DNA of 64,000 bases from Candidatus Magasanikiibacteriota bacterium (GCA_014729395.1 WJJZ01000010.1:156544-220543), one strand, 5' to 3'. Positions 17,935-28,080 are shown, counted from the stretch's first letter. Numbers and translations are program-made. The notes: generated by a model not told the origin, from the letters alone.

Positions 17935-18771
17935 TTAAAATCTCCCTTCTATAACGTGGGTTTCCGGTTCACCATCATCTGTCTTTTCTTTGGTTATTAC
18001 CACATAATTAAACTCATTATATTTTTTTTCGGAAATATACTCCAGTAGCCAGTCACCTTCCGGTAACAATGTCATCTTCCCGGTTGAGAAAAAATCGACA
18101 CTCCCCGACTCGCTTACCAGCCAACCCTCATAAAATTCCCCTGCCTGCAAATCATTCGGTAATTCTGCTTTTACCATATGTTTTAGACCGTCTTCTTCCG
18201 ATCTCAATACATAAGCTACACCCCGACCCTCGCCTCCTCGCGCTGAAGCGGACAAATTGGCAGTATCAACTCCGCTTTCTTTGTAAATAGACTCAATAAT
18301 CGGGTAACCCGCTTCCAACCAAGCACTGTAGTTCCCATCCAATCTGTAAACATTTTTCATTCCGGCATTTACCAATTTTTCCGCACCGGCAACAGATGCA
18401 CTATCAACATGGCAATAGACCAAATACGTTCGATCTTCATCAAACTTTCCTTCGGACAATGCCTGATCCAAAGCTTCGTCTCCAAGATAATAATTTACAG
18501 AATTCAATAAATGTCCATCGTCATAATGTGGGGACACGTCAACAATAAGCAAGTTATCCGTATCTTCAATTATTTCAACGGATTGCTCCGGACTTACATC
18601 GGTGTAACCTTTCTCAGATGGACGCAAATCCCTTATATCCACCGTATCTTCGCCGTCTACTCCACCATTTATTTCTTTCACGGTTTTATTGCTATACCAA
18701 TAATAACCAACAACAGCTAATACTAATGCAACCAAGATAAATATAACCAAAACCAGTTGATCTTTTTTCAT
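17935..18771 (-). CDS. Membrane-anchored rhodanese-domain protein
   Basis: N-terminal TM; rhodanese fold motifs ([11 protein letters not shown] ... [12 protein letters not shown] ... [16 protein letters not shown]); stop/start abuts msrB. Confidence 0.6.
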   Translation of the reverse strand: MKKDQLVLVIFILVALVLAVVGYYWYSNKTVKEINGGVDGEDTVDIRDLRPSEKGYTDVSPEQSVEIIEDTDNLLIVDVSPHYDDGHLLNSVNYYLGDEALDQALSEGKFDEDRTYLVYCHVDSASVAGAEKLVNAGMKNVYRLDGNYSAWLEAGYPIIESIYKESGVDTANLSASARGGEGRGVAYVLRSEEDGLKHMVKAELPNDLQAGEFYEGWLVSESGSVDFFSTGKMTLLPEGDWLLEYISEKKYNEFNYVVITKEKTDDGEPETHVIEGRF

Positions 18772-18877
18772 AAAAATATTTTAATCTTAATAATTTTATT
18801 ATACTACAGTTTACCCATATTGACTAACATAATAATTGGGCTTTTGTGTTATACTTAACAATATCTTAAAAAAACAT

Positions 18878-20071
18878 ATGAATAAAAAAATTTTAATAAC
18901 AGCAATAGTTATAATCATTATCACTGCCGTACTGATTGTAATTTTTAATAAGCAAATCAGTAAATTAATTTTTAACCCGACCGAAACCAAGCTTCCAAGC
19001 GGGATAAAATATAGTGATGTTAATGATATAAGATTAAAAGACACTGAGGATGACTCTACCATGTCGGCTATTGAAGTCGTCGCTGAAAATCTGGAAATTC
19101 CTTGGGAAATAATTTTTCTGCCGGACGATACAATGTTGGTGACAGAACGGCCGGGACGACTGTTGCGAATTTACCCCAACAGACGAGAAGGCATAAATAT
19201 TTCCGGAGTGGAGCATCGTGGTGAAGGTGGTTTACTTGGTGCGGCACTACATCCTGATTTTGAAAAAAATAATCTACTCTATCTTTATCTAACAAGCAAA
19301 AACTCAGACGGCTTGATAAATCGTGTGGAAAGATATCACTTTGATGCGGAAAACAATAATTTATCTGACAAAAAAATAATTATAAATAATATACCCGGTG
19401 CCAGTTATCATGATGGTGGGCGCATAGCCTTTGGTAGTGATAACAAATTATATGTCACCACCGGTGACGCCGGTGATTCAAAATTGGCACAAAACATAAA
19501 TAGCTTGGCCGGAAAAATACTCCGTCTTAATGACGACGGCTCTGTACCCGGCGATAATCCTTTTGATAATGAAATCTGGACATATGGGCATCGTAATCCG
19601 CAAGGACTGGCTTGGGACAAAGATAACAATCTTTGGTCGACCGAACACGGCCCTTCCGGAGTCGGGTCGGGTTTTGATGAAATTAATCTGATTCAAAAAG
19701 GTAAAAATTACGGCTGGCCCGTAATTCAGGGAGGCGAAATTCAAGAAAACATGCAAACTCCCATAATTCAATCCGGAGCTGATGACACATGGGCACCGGC
19801 CGGCATGACCATAGTTGACAACAAACTGTTTTTTACCGGTTTGCGCGGCGAAGCACTTTATTCGGCTATTATTACGGATGACAAAAAACTATACACATTG
19901 CAAACCAATTTTAGAGAAGATTTTGGTCGCTTGCGCGTAGTGCGGACCGGTCCTGACGGCTGGCTGTATATAGCCACCAGCAATCGCGACGGTCGTGGCT
20001 CTATTCGACCTCAAGATGATAAAATTATAAAAATAAATCCCAATTTGTTCGGAACACATCAAAATAACTGA
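18878..20071 (+). CDS. PQQ-dependent soluble sugar (aldose/sorbosone) dehydrogenase family protein, YliI-like
   Basis: HDGGRIAFGSDNKLYVTTGDAG, GHRNPQGLAWD, KGKNYGWP motifs of the GSDH beta-propeller family; signal/TM at N-terminus; start placed at MNKKILI. Confidence 0.8.
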   Translation: MNKKILITAIVIIIITAVLIVIFNKQISKLIFNPTETKLPSGIKYSDVNDIRLKDTEDDSTMSAIEVVAENLEIPWEIIFLPDDTMLVTERPGRLLRIYPNRREGINISGVEHRGEGGLLGAALHPDFEKNNLLYLYLTSKNSDGLINRVERYHFDAENNNLSDKKIIINNIPGASYHDGGRIAFGSDNKLYVTTGDAGDSKLAQNINSLAGKILRLNDDGSVPGDNPFDNEIWTYGHRNPQGLAWDKDNNLWSTEHGPSGVGSGFDEINLIQKGKNYGWPVIQGGEIQENMQTPIIQSGADDTWAPAGMTIVDNKLFFTGLRGEALYSAIITDDKKLYTLQTNFREDFGRLRVVRTGPDGWLYIATSNRDGRGSIRPQDDKIIKINPNLFGTHQNN

Positions 20072-20077
20072 ATTTTT

Positions 20078-20239
20078 ATGCCTTTAAAAAAATCAACAAA
20101 AAACGGCAAGCCCTGTTACAAATGGGGTGATTCGGGCAAATGCTATCCCTACACGGCTGGAAATAAATCCAGCCGAGAGAGAGCAAAAAATAAAGCGAAG
20201 CATCAAGGCAGGGCGATTGAGATGAGAAAACATGCTTAG
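20078..20239 (+). CDS. Small basic Cys-containing protein (53 aa), hypothetical
   Basis: ORF MPLKKSTKNGKPCYKWGDSGKCYPYTAGNKSSRERAKNKAKHQGRAIEMRKHA, starting 7 nt after the dehydrogenase stop; below the ORF-track length cut-off. Confidence 0.3.
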   Translation: MPLKKSTKNGKPCYKWGDSGKCYPYTAGNKSSRERAKNKAKHQGRAIEMRKHA

Positions 20240-20397
20240 ATATAAAAAATGCCGGTCCAGACGGTATTTTTTTAATATCACTTTTTTTATTTAAAAAATA
20301 TGGATCAGCGAAAAAACCAATTCTTGACAATTCAATAAAAATAATATAATATTAAACATCAAAAAAAACGTTCATTCAACCACAACTAGGAGGTGCT

Positions 20398-20922
20398 ATG
20401 GAGAGTGGAAAAGATGAATTCACAAAAAAACTTGAACTATTGGAAGATCCGGATGGGGTCTCTATAAAATTTACCCAAATTACCCCACCGTTGACTAAAA
20501 AAGTGGATGTACTTCAATTTTTGGACTATCTGTGCAATGAAGATTTCATAACGAGAGATGAGTTTCTCGCCTATCAAAATCGCATCATGCTGATGGACAA
20601 TCTTAGCGACGAAAGTTTGATTGTTCCGCGGATAGACATTTGCATGTGTCGTGAGCATCTGAACATTGTAACCAGCTACGGTAGTCTGGAAGAAATTTCC
20701 TCATTTACCGAGTTGAAACAAATATTAAAAGAATTACAGGAAATGCATCATATCACGGAGGTGGATGCAAACCGTCTTCTACGACAGGCAAAAAAGGAAG
20801 CTATCCACATGCCGAACACGGAAATAATTCCTGAAGAGGCATTCGACATACAAGGCATACTCAGACTTCTGGAAGCAATCCAGGAAATCGCCGACGGCGA
20901 CGGAAATCAAAAGCCGAACTGA
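20398..20922 (+). CDS. Hypothetical protein
   Basis: Strong SD (AGGAGG) 6 nt upstream of the ATG; 174 aa; no recognisable motif. Confidence 0.5.
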   Translation: MESGKDEFTKKLELLEDPDGVSIKFTQITPPLTKKVDVLQFLDYLCNEDFITRDEFLAYQNRIMLMDNLSDESLIVPRIDICMCREHLNIVTSYGSLEEISSFTELKQILKELQEMHHITEVDANRLLRQAKKEAIHMPNTEIIPEEAFDIQGILRLLEAIQEIADGDGNQKPN

Positions 20923-20936
20923 AATATATAGCAAAA

Positions 20937-20965
20937 AGCACCCGTTGGGCGGAGTGCTTTTTTTA
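20937..20965 (+). terminator. Rho-independent terminator
   Basis: AGCACCCGTTGGGCGGAGTGCT hairpin followed by T7. Confidence 0.55.
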
Positions 20966-20967
20966 TT

Positions 20968-21040
20968 TGCAGGCGCGGTAGGAATCGAACCCACGACAAG
21001 AGTTTTGGAGACTCCTGTGATACCACTTCACCACGCGCCC
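20968..21040 (-). tRNA. tRNA-Trp (anticodon CCA), G73 discriminator, CCA not encoded
   Basis: Hand fold: acceptor GGGCGCG/CGCGCCT, D arm GTGA-AGTGGTA-TCAC, anticodon stem GGAGT/ACTCT with loop CTCCAAA, T arm GTGGG-TTCGATT-CCTAC. Confidence 0.8.
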
Positions 21041-21043
21041 ATG

Positions 21044-21292
21044 TTATTTGTATTTTAATCTTTTCATTAAACCTGTGTAAGCCGAGCCATATTGTTTCAA
21101 TTTCTTTTCACGTTCTTTAGCTAATTCTTCAACAATATATGATTCATAATAAATTAATTCCAACGGCCGTCTATATTTGGTTGACTTAACTTTCCCATCT
21201 ATATGATTTTTTAACCTTAATCTCAGATTGGATGTAAAACCTATATAAAACTTACTATCTTTTTTACTTTTTAAAATATATACATAAAACAT
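21044..21292 (-). CDS. GIY-YIG nuclease family protein (small stand-alone GIY-YIG domain)
   Basis: YVYILKSKKDSKFYIGFTSNLRLRLKNH = canonical GIY-x10-YIG with the R and N; 82 aa. Confidence 0.85.
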   Translation of the reverse strand: MFYVYILKSKKDSKFYIGFTSNLRLRLKNHIDGKVKSTKYRRPLELIYYESYIVEELAKEREKKLKQYGSAYTGLMKRLKYK

Positions 21293-21303
21293 AATTATCT
21301 ATT

Positions 21304-21379
21304 GTGGCGGTAGGAATCGCCCCGCCCTTCGCGAAGGGCGGGGTTGGAGACTCCTGTGATACCACTTCACCACGCGCCC
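21304..21379 (-). pseudogene. tRNA-Trp-derived pseudo-tRNA: exact copy of nt 1-37 of tRNA-Trp, a 24-nt perfect GC palindrome, and a copy of the tRNA 3' part (CGATTCCTACCGC)
   Basis: 36-nt identity to tRNA-Trp up to the anticodon loop, then CCCCGCCCTTCGCGAAGGGCGGGG, then the T-loop/acceptor 3' fragment; the acceptor stem can no longer pair. Confidence 0.7.
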
Positions 21380-21491
21380 ATATAGCTATCAGTTGACAGA
21401 CTTCAGCTAATACTACCAAAATAAAAGCTGAAGTCCGAAGTCTAATAACTGATTGCTAATTTTACACCATTTCTCCCAAAAAATCAACCCA

Positions 21492-22322
21492 TTAAACCAT
21501 TGTTTCCGGTTTATTTTTATTTGTTTTTTTAGGCTTTGTTTTTTTTACAAAAACAGCCGCTAGCATAACGAACAAAAGTAATACGGTGTAAGTGTAAATA
21601 TAATAATAACCGGCAATATCCAACACCAACTTTAAAAGTGTCGGCAGCGTAATACCATACATGCCCAAAGTATATATCTCTTGATATTTATAATTCTTAT
21701 GACCAAACTGAGCAGCAATCCAAACTATTAGAGATATAATTAGCAGATATACCAATTTGCCAATCACCAAGCCTACAAATACAGACAACAAAATAATAAA
21801 AAAAGCAAAATAAGGCAGACCATCGGTAAAACGACCAACCCAATAAACCATATCGTCCTTATCAAATTCAACACCATCTATATCTGAAAAAAATTGCACC
21901 CTGGTCTGACCCTGCTTACTATCATGCATCATAACTTTATTCCGTGTAATCAAAACACCGCTTTCTCTCATCGGATCAATAAAATCCTCTATCACCAGCT
22001 TTTCGTCTGTTTTTGTATCAACCACCAATAAAAAATCCTCATCACCTTCTCGACTCTCCAAAACAAATGGCTGCTCCAACTTGTCTACATTCAACCGGCC
22101 GTCTTCAATTTGTAAACTAAAATCCGGCACCTGATTAATAACTCCTTCATGTAAACCTTTAACCGCCTGAGGTATTTTCCAAGCAAAAAAAACAGAATAA
22201 AGCAAAGATACAAACAGAACAAAAAAAATAAAATAAGCACCGGCTTTGCCCATATCTTTGCGTCTTTCTCTTATCCACGCAAAATTAAATAAACTGTTTA
22301 CGAAAGCTTTTAGGTAATACAT
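21492..22322 (-). CDS. Hypothetical polytopic membrane protein
   Basis: 276 aa, TM helices at N-terminus and C-terminal half. Confidence 0.45.
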   Translation of the reverse strand: MYYLKAFVNSLFNFAWIRERRKDMGKAGAYFIFFVLFVSLLYSVFFAWKIPQAVKGLHEGVINQVPDFSLQIEDGRLNVDKLEQPFVLESREGDEDFLLVVDTKTDEKLVIEDFIDPMRESGVLITRNKVMMHDSKQGQTRVQFFSDIDGVEFDKDDMVYWVGRFTDGLPYFAFFIILLSVFVGLVIGKLVYLLIISLIVWIAAQFGHKNYKYQEIYTLGMYGITLPTLLKLVLDIAGYYYIYTYTVLLLFVMLAAVFVKKTKPKKTNKNKPETMV

Positions 22323-22344
22323 ATTGAAAAATTTTGAATTCTAA

Positions 22345-22366
22345 AACGGTCCTCAGAGGACCGTTC
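22345..22366. terminator. Perfect 10-bp stem hairpin (AACGGTCCTC-A-GAGGACCGTT) flanked by T-rich tracts on both strands
   Basis: Direct reading; intergenic. Confidence 0.35.
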
Positions 22367-22627
22367 TATTTTACCATTATTTGGTTTCTTTATGCAAAGT
22401 ATGTTTCTGGCAGTGCTTGCAAAATTTTTTTATTTCCAAGCGATTTTTCAAAGTCTTTTTATTCTTGCGAGAATAATAATTTATTTGTTTGCATTCAGTA
22501 CATTCCATTTTTATCATGTTATCTTGTGACATATATAAAATCCAAAATCATAAATCATAAATCTAAAATCAACTTAATTTTAGATGGTGAGAATATATTA
22601 CATAATTTAGCTTATTTTGTCAAGAAG

Positions 22628-23398
22628 TTATGGTTGTACAAAAATAATCGACTCTCCTTCCTTAAAATTGTCAGACTCAATCAAATCTAGCATATCTTGT
22701 CCACCCCATAGTCCCATTTGTCTTCCAACTTCAAAGCTGGACAAATTGAAAATATGATGCTTTATCTTATCTCTGTCAAGAGCATAGATTTTACCGGAAC
22801 TTTTAATTTTGATAAGTCTAAAAGGATATGAAATAGTTGAACAAATATTGTATTCCTTGACTACATCACTTAAAAACTCTCTGTATGTTTTATCCACCGA
22901 TCTCAGACCGGGCAATGGATCATAACGACGTCCGGGGTCAAGCAGATAGTGGCCGACTACAGATGTCTTGGGATCCAAACCAAACTTATGACAGGTATAA
23001 GCGATAGTCCACACATAGCGTTTATAAGCTTCTAAATTATTTATTCCTCCACCATAACAGAACTCGATGCCGATAGCCGTATCATTAGCTTCGTCTCCGT
23101 ACATTTTGTTATCCGCTTCCACATTATATCGGACATGCCATGCTTTTTCCGGTTTATCTGTCGTCAAAGCGGGTATACACTCCAGTATTTCCACATCATC
23201 TACAAACAGATGAGCCGAAGCATAGATTGAATTATTGGTATTTTCATAATAATTCACATTTGCTCGCGCGGTTGAACCGGGGTTTCCGGTATCATGAGCG
23301 ACAACAAATTTTACCTGCGGATTAATTTTTAGTCCGGAACGTCTCTTTGTCTTATCAGTCAGGTAAAGTGAAGTTATATTGTATTTTTTTTCAAACAT
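22628..23398 (-). CDS. N-acetylmuramoyl-L-alanine amidase (Amidase_2/PGRP domain) with C-terminal extra domain
   Basis: VVAHDTGNPGSTARANVNYY ... HLFVDD ... GIEFCYGG zinc-amidase signature. Confidence 0.7.
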   Translation of the reverse strand: MFEKKYNITSLYLTDKTKRRSGLKINPQVKFVVAHDTGNPGSTARANVNYYENTNNSIYASAHLFVDDVEILECIPALTTDKPEKAWHVRYNVEADNKMYGDEANDTAIGIEFCYGGGINNLEAYKRYVWTIAYTCHKFGLDPKTSVVGHYLLDPGRRYDPLPGLRSVDKTYREFLSDVVKEYNICSTISYPFRLIKIKSSGKIYALDRDKIKHHIFNLSSFEVGRQMGLWGGQDMLDLIESDNFKEGESIIFVQP

Positions 23399-23449
23399 AA
23401 TAATTACTGCTTTTATGCAATCTAATCATAAATCTAATTTTATGGCAAG

Positions 23450-25435
23450 TTAGTACACTACAATGGCAGTGTTTCCCAAATAAGTCCAAGTAGATAGAAA
23501 ATCTTGTACACTGTATTTTCTAGATCCTCGCCATGGGTCACTCGTCAAAATATAACCGGGATCTTCGACATCTCCGGTAAAACCTCTTACCACTTCAGAA
23601 TGCATACCGCGATATCCGGTTGCACCCGATTCCAGCTCAAACTCACCGGCTTTACTGTAATTATTGTGCCACCAAACTATTACCGGATTACCTTTTTGTA
23701 CTTCTTTTAGTAAATCCTGCAGATTCCAGCCTTTTTTCACAGCTACATTTCTATAGCGACTGATAAATGAAGCTATCGGTCCCCAGTGCACCCCGTAGTT
23801 TGATACCCAATCTTCATTCGGGTCATCACCCTCGCCCACCCCGCCAATAATATCTGATTCGGTTAAGTAAACACCTCTATAAGCAAGGACTATACGTGTA
23901 GCGGCAATATTACAAGTAAAAGTATCTTGCTGATTATACTGGGGTACGGGTAGAGTAAAAATTTTATCTTTGGTAGTAAAATAATATGTATAATCTTCTC
24001 CCAGATCTTTGCCGTATATACTTTTTATTCCGGCTTTTAGGCTTACCGTGTATTGAGTTGAAAAATCCAAATACCGACTAAAAATATATACCATTGAATT
24101 GTCTTTCCATGAAAAAGTCCCGGGCACATACGGATAAATGGAAAAAGCAGCTTCAGCCGACCCGTGATCTACCTCTTGATCAAACTCGATCACTACACGG
24201 GATAATTTTGTATCCACCCCATAACTACCGGAGACTGGATAAAGATCGCTTATTAATACACTTCCAATTGTTCGAAATCGAAGCTCGATATCTTCTGTTG
24301 TTTTTCCTCCATTTTCATTTGCCAATCCGGAAGACAAAGAAACAACATAGTCAGTATCATTGGCCAAATTTTCTGTTGGTCTAAAAACCAAAATGCGTTC
24401 ATCCGGCCATTCAAATTTTCCATCCACAGACGGTTTAATCATAAAACTGTTTTCCACCACTTCTTTACTCATCGCTTCATCAAACTCAATTTTTATAATG
24501 CTATCCAAGTGAACTTTGTATCCACGCGGTTCATAAGTTCTGATGGCCGGAGCCGATACCGTTTTAAATTCGGTATTTGATACTGAATTAAAATCACTTT
24601 TATCAATATCATCAAAATTTTCAGTATTGTATGTCCTTGATTTTTGGTAAATTAATAATCTATAAACAGTATCCTGAAACAAAGGTTTATTGAATAATAA
24701 TTTTTTCCTATTCGGCTTGTCACTAATAACATTAAAATCAACTTCAGGTATAAATTCATACCGCCACTCCACAAATGCACCATCTACAGAGTCTAAATTT
24801 ATGTAAATAGGATCATATATGGAGACATTTTCTGCATTATCTGCCGGTTCTATGCTTTCAATTTTGGTATTTTCGAAGAAAAAAATTCAAGCGACTGTTC
24901 GTGCGGAAATCCACCGGGAAACAATCGCTTCAATCCGACCGTGTAAACAATGATCTTGGTATCGGGATAAAAAGATTCATCAGGAAAAAAAATCGCTGAT
25001 TTTTTATAAGAAGTATTTATACCACTTAGATAATTTTTAAACTCCCAAGAACCGTCAATTTCAGGTGATAAATAAATTTTTAAAATCATTTATATTTACC
25101 GGTACGCTAAAATTAATTTTTATCGGTTGATGCGCTGTGTTCATATGAGATCCTGCATCAATACCAACCAAATTGATATAAGGGCGGATAAAAAAACTGG
25201 TTACAAAAAAACCGATTATAATTATTAATGTTATAAAGTCAAGCGCAAGCAAGGTGTGAAAAAGCCTTGACCTTTTTAAACCACCCAGATCAAACATCTC
25301 ACCTAGTTTTATTTTTTTTCCTTTTCTAATAACAAAAAAATAGAGAACAAAATTTTCAATAACCAGTATCAAAAAAAATACGAGTGATATCCAAATACGC
25401 TGAGTAAAGTTATTAATTCCCAATTCGAACAACAT
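23450..25435 (-). pseudogene. Frameshifted gene for a membrane-anchored protein with Ig-like (Big_5-type) repeats and a C-terminal papain-like Peptidase_C39_2-type domain; split into three ORF pieces (25061..25435, 24850..25089, 23450..24772)
   Basis: All three ORFs carry consistent domain content (TM + PIKINFSVPVNIN / SPEIDGSWEF / IEPADNAENVSIYDPIYINL Ig-like starts; FTCNIAATRIVLAYRG Cys nucleophile ... His). Frame changes fall at homopolymers: A7 at 24879-24885 and the T4A5T3 tract near 25065-25085. Confidence 0.55.
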
Positions 25436-25438
25436 ACA

Positions 25439-27016
25439 TTAATAATTATTCTCCCAAACTTGATAGACTTTCTCCAAATTAGCATAAATTACCGGTCCTT
25501 TATCATCCAAATATGAATAGGAGTCAATATAATTAAACAAATCGTCCACTTTCGGTTTATCCACATAAAACCAGTCCGGATGACTAAGATATACTACTAC
25601 CCTGCGCTCATACAAAGGCTCTCCTATGGCACCCCAATTCAAATTAAACCTTTCCTGCATATCACGAGCACTATACCACCAGGAGTCAGCCCCATTATTT
25701 GGAAACTCCCAAATATTCATATTTGGCGGTGCTGCTGAATTCTGATCATTTATATTTGGTCTATATGGTTGAGAGGTAATCGGCAAATCCCAATGACCCG
25801 GCATTTTTTTCGTGCCTAAATTATATTTGGTTCTGCCGGAGGTATCGACCACAAAGCCGTTATTTTCCAGTACTTGCAAAGCTTGCTCATCCAAAAACCA
25901 ACCACCTGCTCTGAAAGTAATGGGTTTTTTAAAACCGAGTTCAGTAAATTTTGTAATTGACCACTTTAATAATTTATCCAATTCAGATTCGTTTAAATAA
26001 GTTAAAGGTATATCATAGCCATCATCATATGCATAACCCCAATACGGTATATCATAAATTTGTTTCTTCTTTAATTTATTTTTATTGAATTCCTCTGCCA
26101 GGGAACTGGTAACCGTGCTGGTGGAGCTTGGTTCAATATACATATCAATATATGTCTGTAACAACTCTTCTTCATTTTTTTCCGGCAATTTGATTCCCGC
26201 TGCCGCTAAATTCTCATAAAACAAATGAAGGTGTAAACCAATACTGTCCCCGCGTGATGACTCTCTTTCCAAAAGCCAATTTTTCAATTCATCGCGCCTC
26301 TCATTAGTTATTGTCGGTGTTATAAAAAGTCGTGGATTGACCAAATGTGATAAAGGTATATTTTTATGTTTTTCACACAGATCATCCATAAATTTCAAAT
26401 AAGAGTCTTTTACATCATAACCCTCCCAATCAAAAGTCCAAACCACGTAAAAGGGATACGAAACCAACAAATTTTCATATACTTCTTCAGTACTACCGCA
26501 AGCAAATTCCAAAATTATTTTTACTTTGTAGACTCCGGGTGATAATCCCACAATCGCTACATCTTGATTAAATATTAATTCTTTCGAATCCTGCAAAGAA
26601 TCTTCTTCAAACTTTCCTTTAATAATACTATCAGTCAATTCTTCATTTTCTGTATTTATAAATTCATAGTAAATTTCAATTGCTTGACTTTGATCAAAAT
26701 ATTTTCTCGTTTCAGAGCTCAGATCGAGTTTTATATTCACTGTTTTTTCTTTCTCGCTAAACTCGGTACCCACCAAAACCCAACGGCGACTAAGCTCCAA
26801 AGAGTCAACCAAGCGATGTTTATCTTCGGCAAACATTAAGCAATAATCTTCATCGCTAGTAACTTTTTGGTGAACAGTTCTGACTTGACTGAAAAAATAA
26901 TTTTCACTACCTTGCTGCAACCTGATAAAAAATATAAAAAAAAACAAAACTGCCAATAAACATGCCACTACAAAAGTGGAGTAAAAAATTATCCTAAATT
27001 TTTGCTTTTTTCGCAT
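25439..27016 (-). CDS. Hypothetical membrane-anchored protein (possible polysaccharide-deacetylase-like C-terminal domain)
   Basis: N-terminal TM; 525 aa; weak similarity only. Confidence 0.35.
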   Translation of the reverse strand: MRKKQKFRIIFYSTFVVACLLAVLFFFIFFIRLQQGSENYFFSQVRTVHQKVTSDEDYCLMFAEDKHRLVDSLELSRRWVLVGTEFSEKEKTVNIKLDLSSETRKYFDQSQAIEIYYEFINTENEELTDSIIKGKFEEDSLQDSKELIFNQDVAIVGLSPGVYKVKIILEFACGSTEEVYENLLVSYPFYVVWTFDWEGYDVKDSYLKFMDDLCEKHKNIPLSHLVNPRLFITPTITNERRDELKNWLLERESSRGDSIGLHLHLFYENLAAAGIKLPEKNEEELLQTYIDMYIEPSSTSTVTSSLAEEFNKNKLKKKQIYDIPYWGYAYDDGYDIPLTYLNESELDKLLKWSITKFTELGFKKPITFRAGGWFLDEQALQVLENNGFVVDTSGRTKYNLGTKKMPGHWDLPITSQPYRPNINDQNSAAPPNMNIWEFPNNGADSWWYSARDMQERFNLNWGAIGEPLYERRVVVYLSHPDWFYVDKPKVDDLFNYIDSYSYLDDKGPVIYANLEKVYQVWENNY

Positions 27017-28046
27017 ATTTACTTATTTTTCCGACAAAAAAAGTTAAATAACTGATAACGACAAAAACTACAAGTTGCAAAACCCAGACATACAACGTGG
27101 TAAAGCTATACTCAATCAAATAATACTTTAACCCCAGTATAACCACCACATTGGCTAAAAAAATAAATAAAGCATTCTTTCCCAAAAATAAAATATATTT
27201 TTTTATAAATCCAAGTTTCCTTATAATCTTATATAGTAATATTATGGCAAAACAGTATGAAATACCATAGCTGAGAAATAGTACTGACGGAGGAAACCTG
27301 TACCAGCTTGATAAATTGTAGCTAATTAACGCAAAAACCAAAGCAAGCGAAATAATAAGTAAAATAAAATTTATTAATCTTCTTTTTTTCTTTGATTCGG
27401 CAATATAGCCGGATATCATACCAAGGGTGAAAACCGGAAAATAACTAAGGACCCCAAAAGAATGGACATGTTCGTGACCGACAAAAAGAGCTTTTATGTC
27501 ATTTATCGTACCGGTCCCCCCATCAACTTTATATAGATATATGGAAAGACCATAAATTAAAAAAGAAAATATAATAAAAGTTATAGGCTTTTTTAGTAAG
27601 TATTTAAAAAACTTTTGTGCAAAAATTAAAACCAAAACATATATGGCGAAAGTAATAATAAACTCGGTATACGGAGGTAAATATTTAAATTGTAATATAG
27701 ACAATAAGGTATCTCTATCTATACTTCTTTGGAGAAAAAAATGGGCAATTGCAGCCGAAGTCAAATATACTGCAAGAAGAATAAGAAATCTTTTTATTTC
27801 TCTGTATATTTTTAATTTCTTTTGTCTCATTAATTTCAACCCGTATATAAAAGCAAAACAAAATAAAAAAACCGTAAAACAAACGGTTGCACCCCACCAT
27901 GTTAACTTATCCAGCACCAAATCATATTCACTCTGAAAAACTGCATTAACATGCGTTATTATCATAAAAAAAATTGCACTTCCTCTCAAGAAGTCAATTT
28001 CATAAAATCTGGTTTTTTTTGATTTCTTGGCCATATCCAGCATCAA
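26994..28046 (-). CDS. Acyltransferase family 3 (OatA/OpgC-like) membrane protein
   Basis: N-terminal RFYEIDFLRGSAIFFMIITHV motif typical of Acyl_transf_3; about 10 TM helices. Confidence 0.65.
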   Translation of the reverse strand: MMLDMAKKSKKTRFYEIDFLRGSAIFFMIITHVNAVFQSEYDLVLDKLTWWGATVCFTVFLFCFAFIYGLKLMRQKKLKIYREIKRFLILLAVYLTSAAIAHFFLQRSIDRDTLLSILQFKYLPPYTEFIITFAIYVLVLIFAQKFFKYLLKKPITFIIFSFLIYGLSIYLYKVDGGTGTINDIKALFVGHEHVHSFGVLSYFPVFTLGMISGYIAESKKKRRLINFILLIISLALVFALISYNLSSWYRFPPSVLFLSYGISYCFAIILLYKIIRKLGFIKKYILFLGKNALFIFLANVVVILGLKYYLIEYSFTTLYVWVLQLVVFVVISYLTFFVGKISKYAKKAKI

Positions 28047-28080
28047 TTATACTGGAAAATGGGAAAAAAATAAACTTTTT

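Noticed and set aside
20968-21379. Group I or other intron splitting tRNA-Trp, with the GIY-YIG ORF as the intron ORF
   Set aside because: The downstream tRNA-Trp copy is contiguous and complete (both halves adjacent and folding canonically). The upstream copy is therefore a duplication or pseudo-tRNA, not a 5' exon
22334-22690. 118-aa ORF in the AT-rich intergenic region
   Set aside because: The region is low-complexity and AT-rich with repeated AATCATAAATCTA motifs and a strong hairpin, and the ORF has no coding-like composition. It is more likely intergenic/regulatory sequence between the amidase and membrane-protein genes
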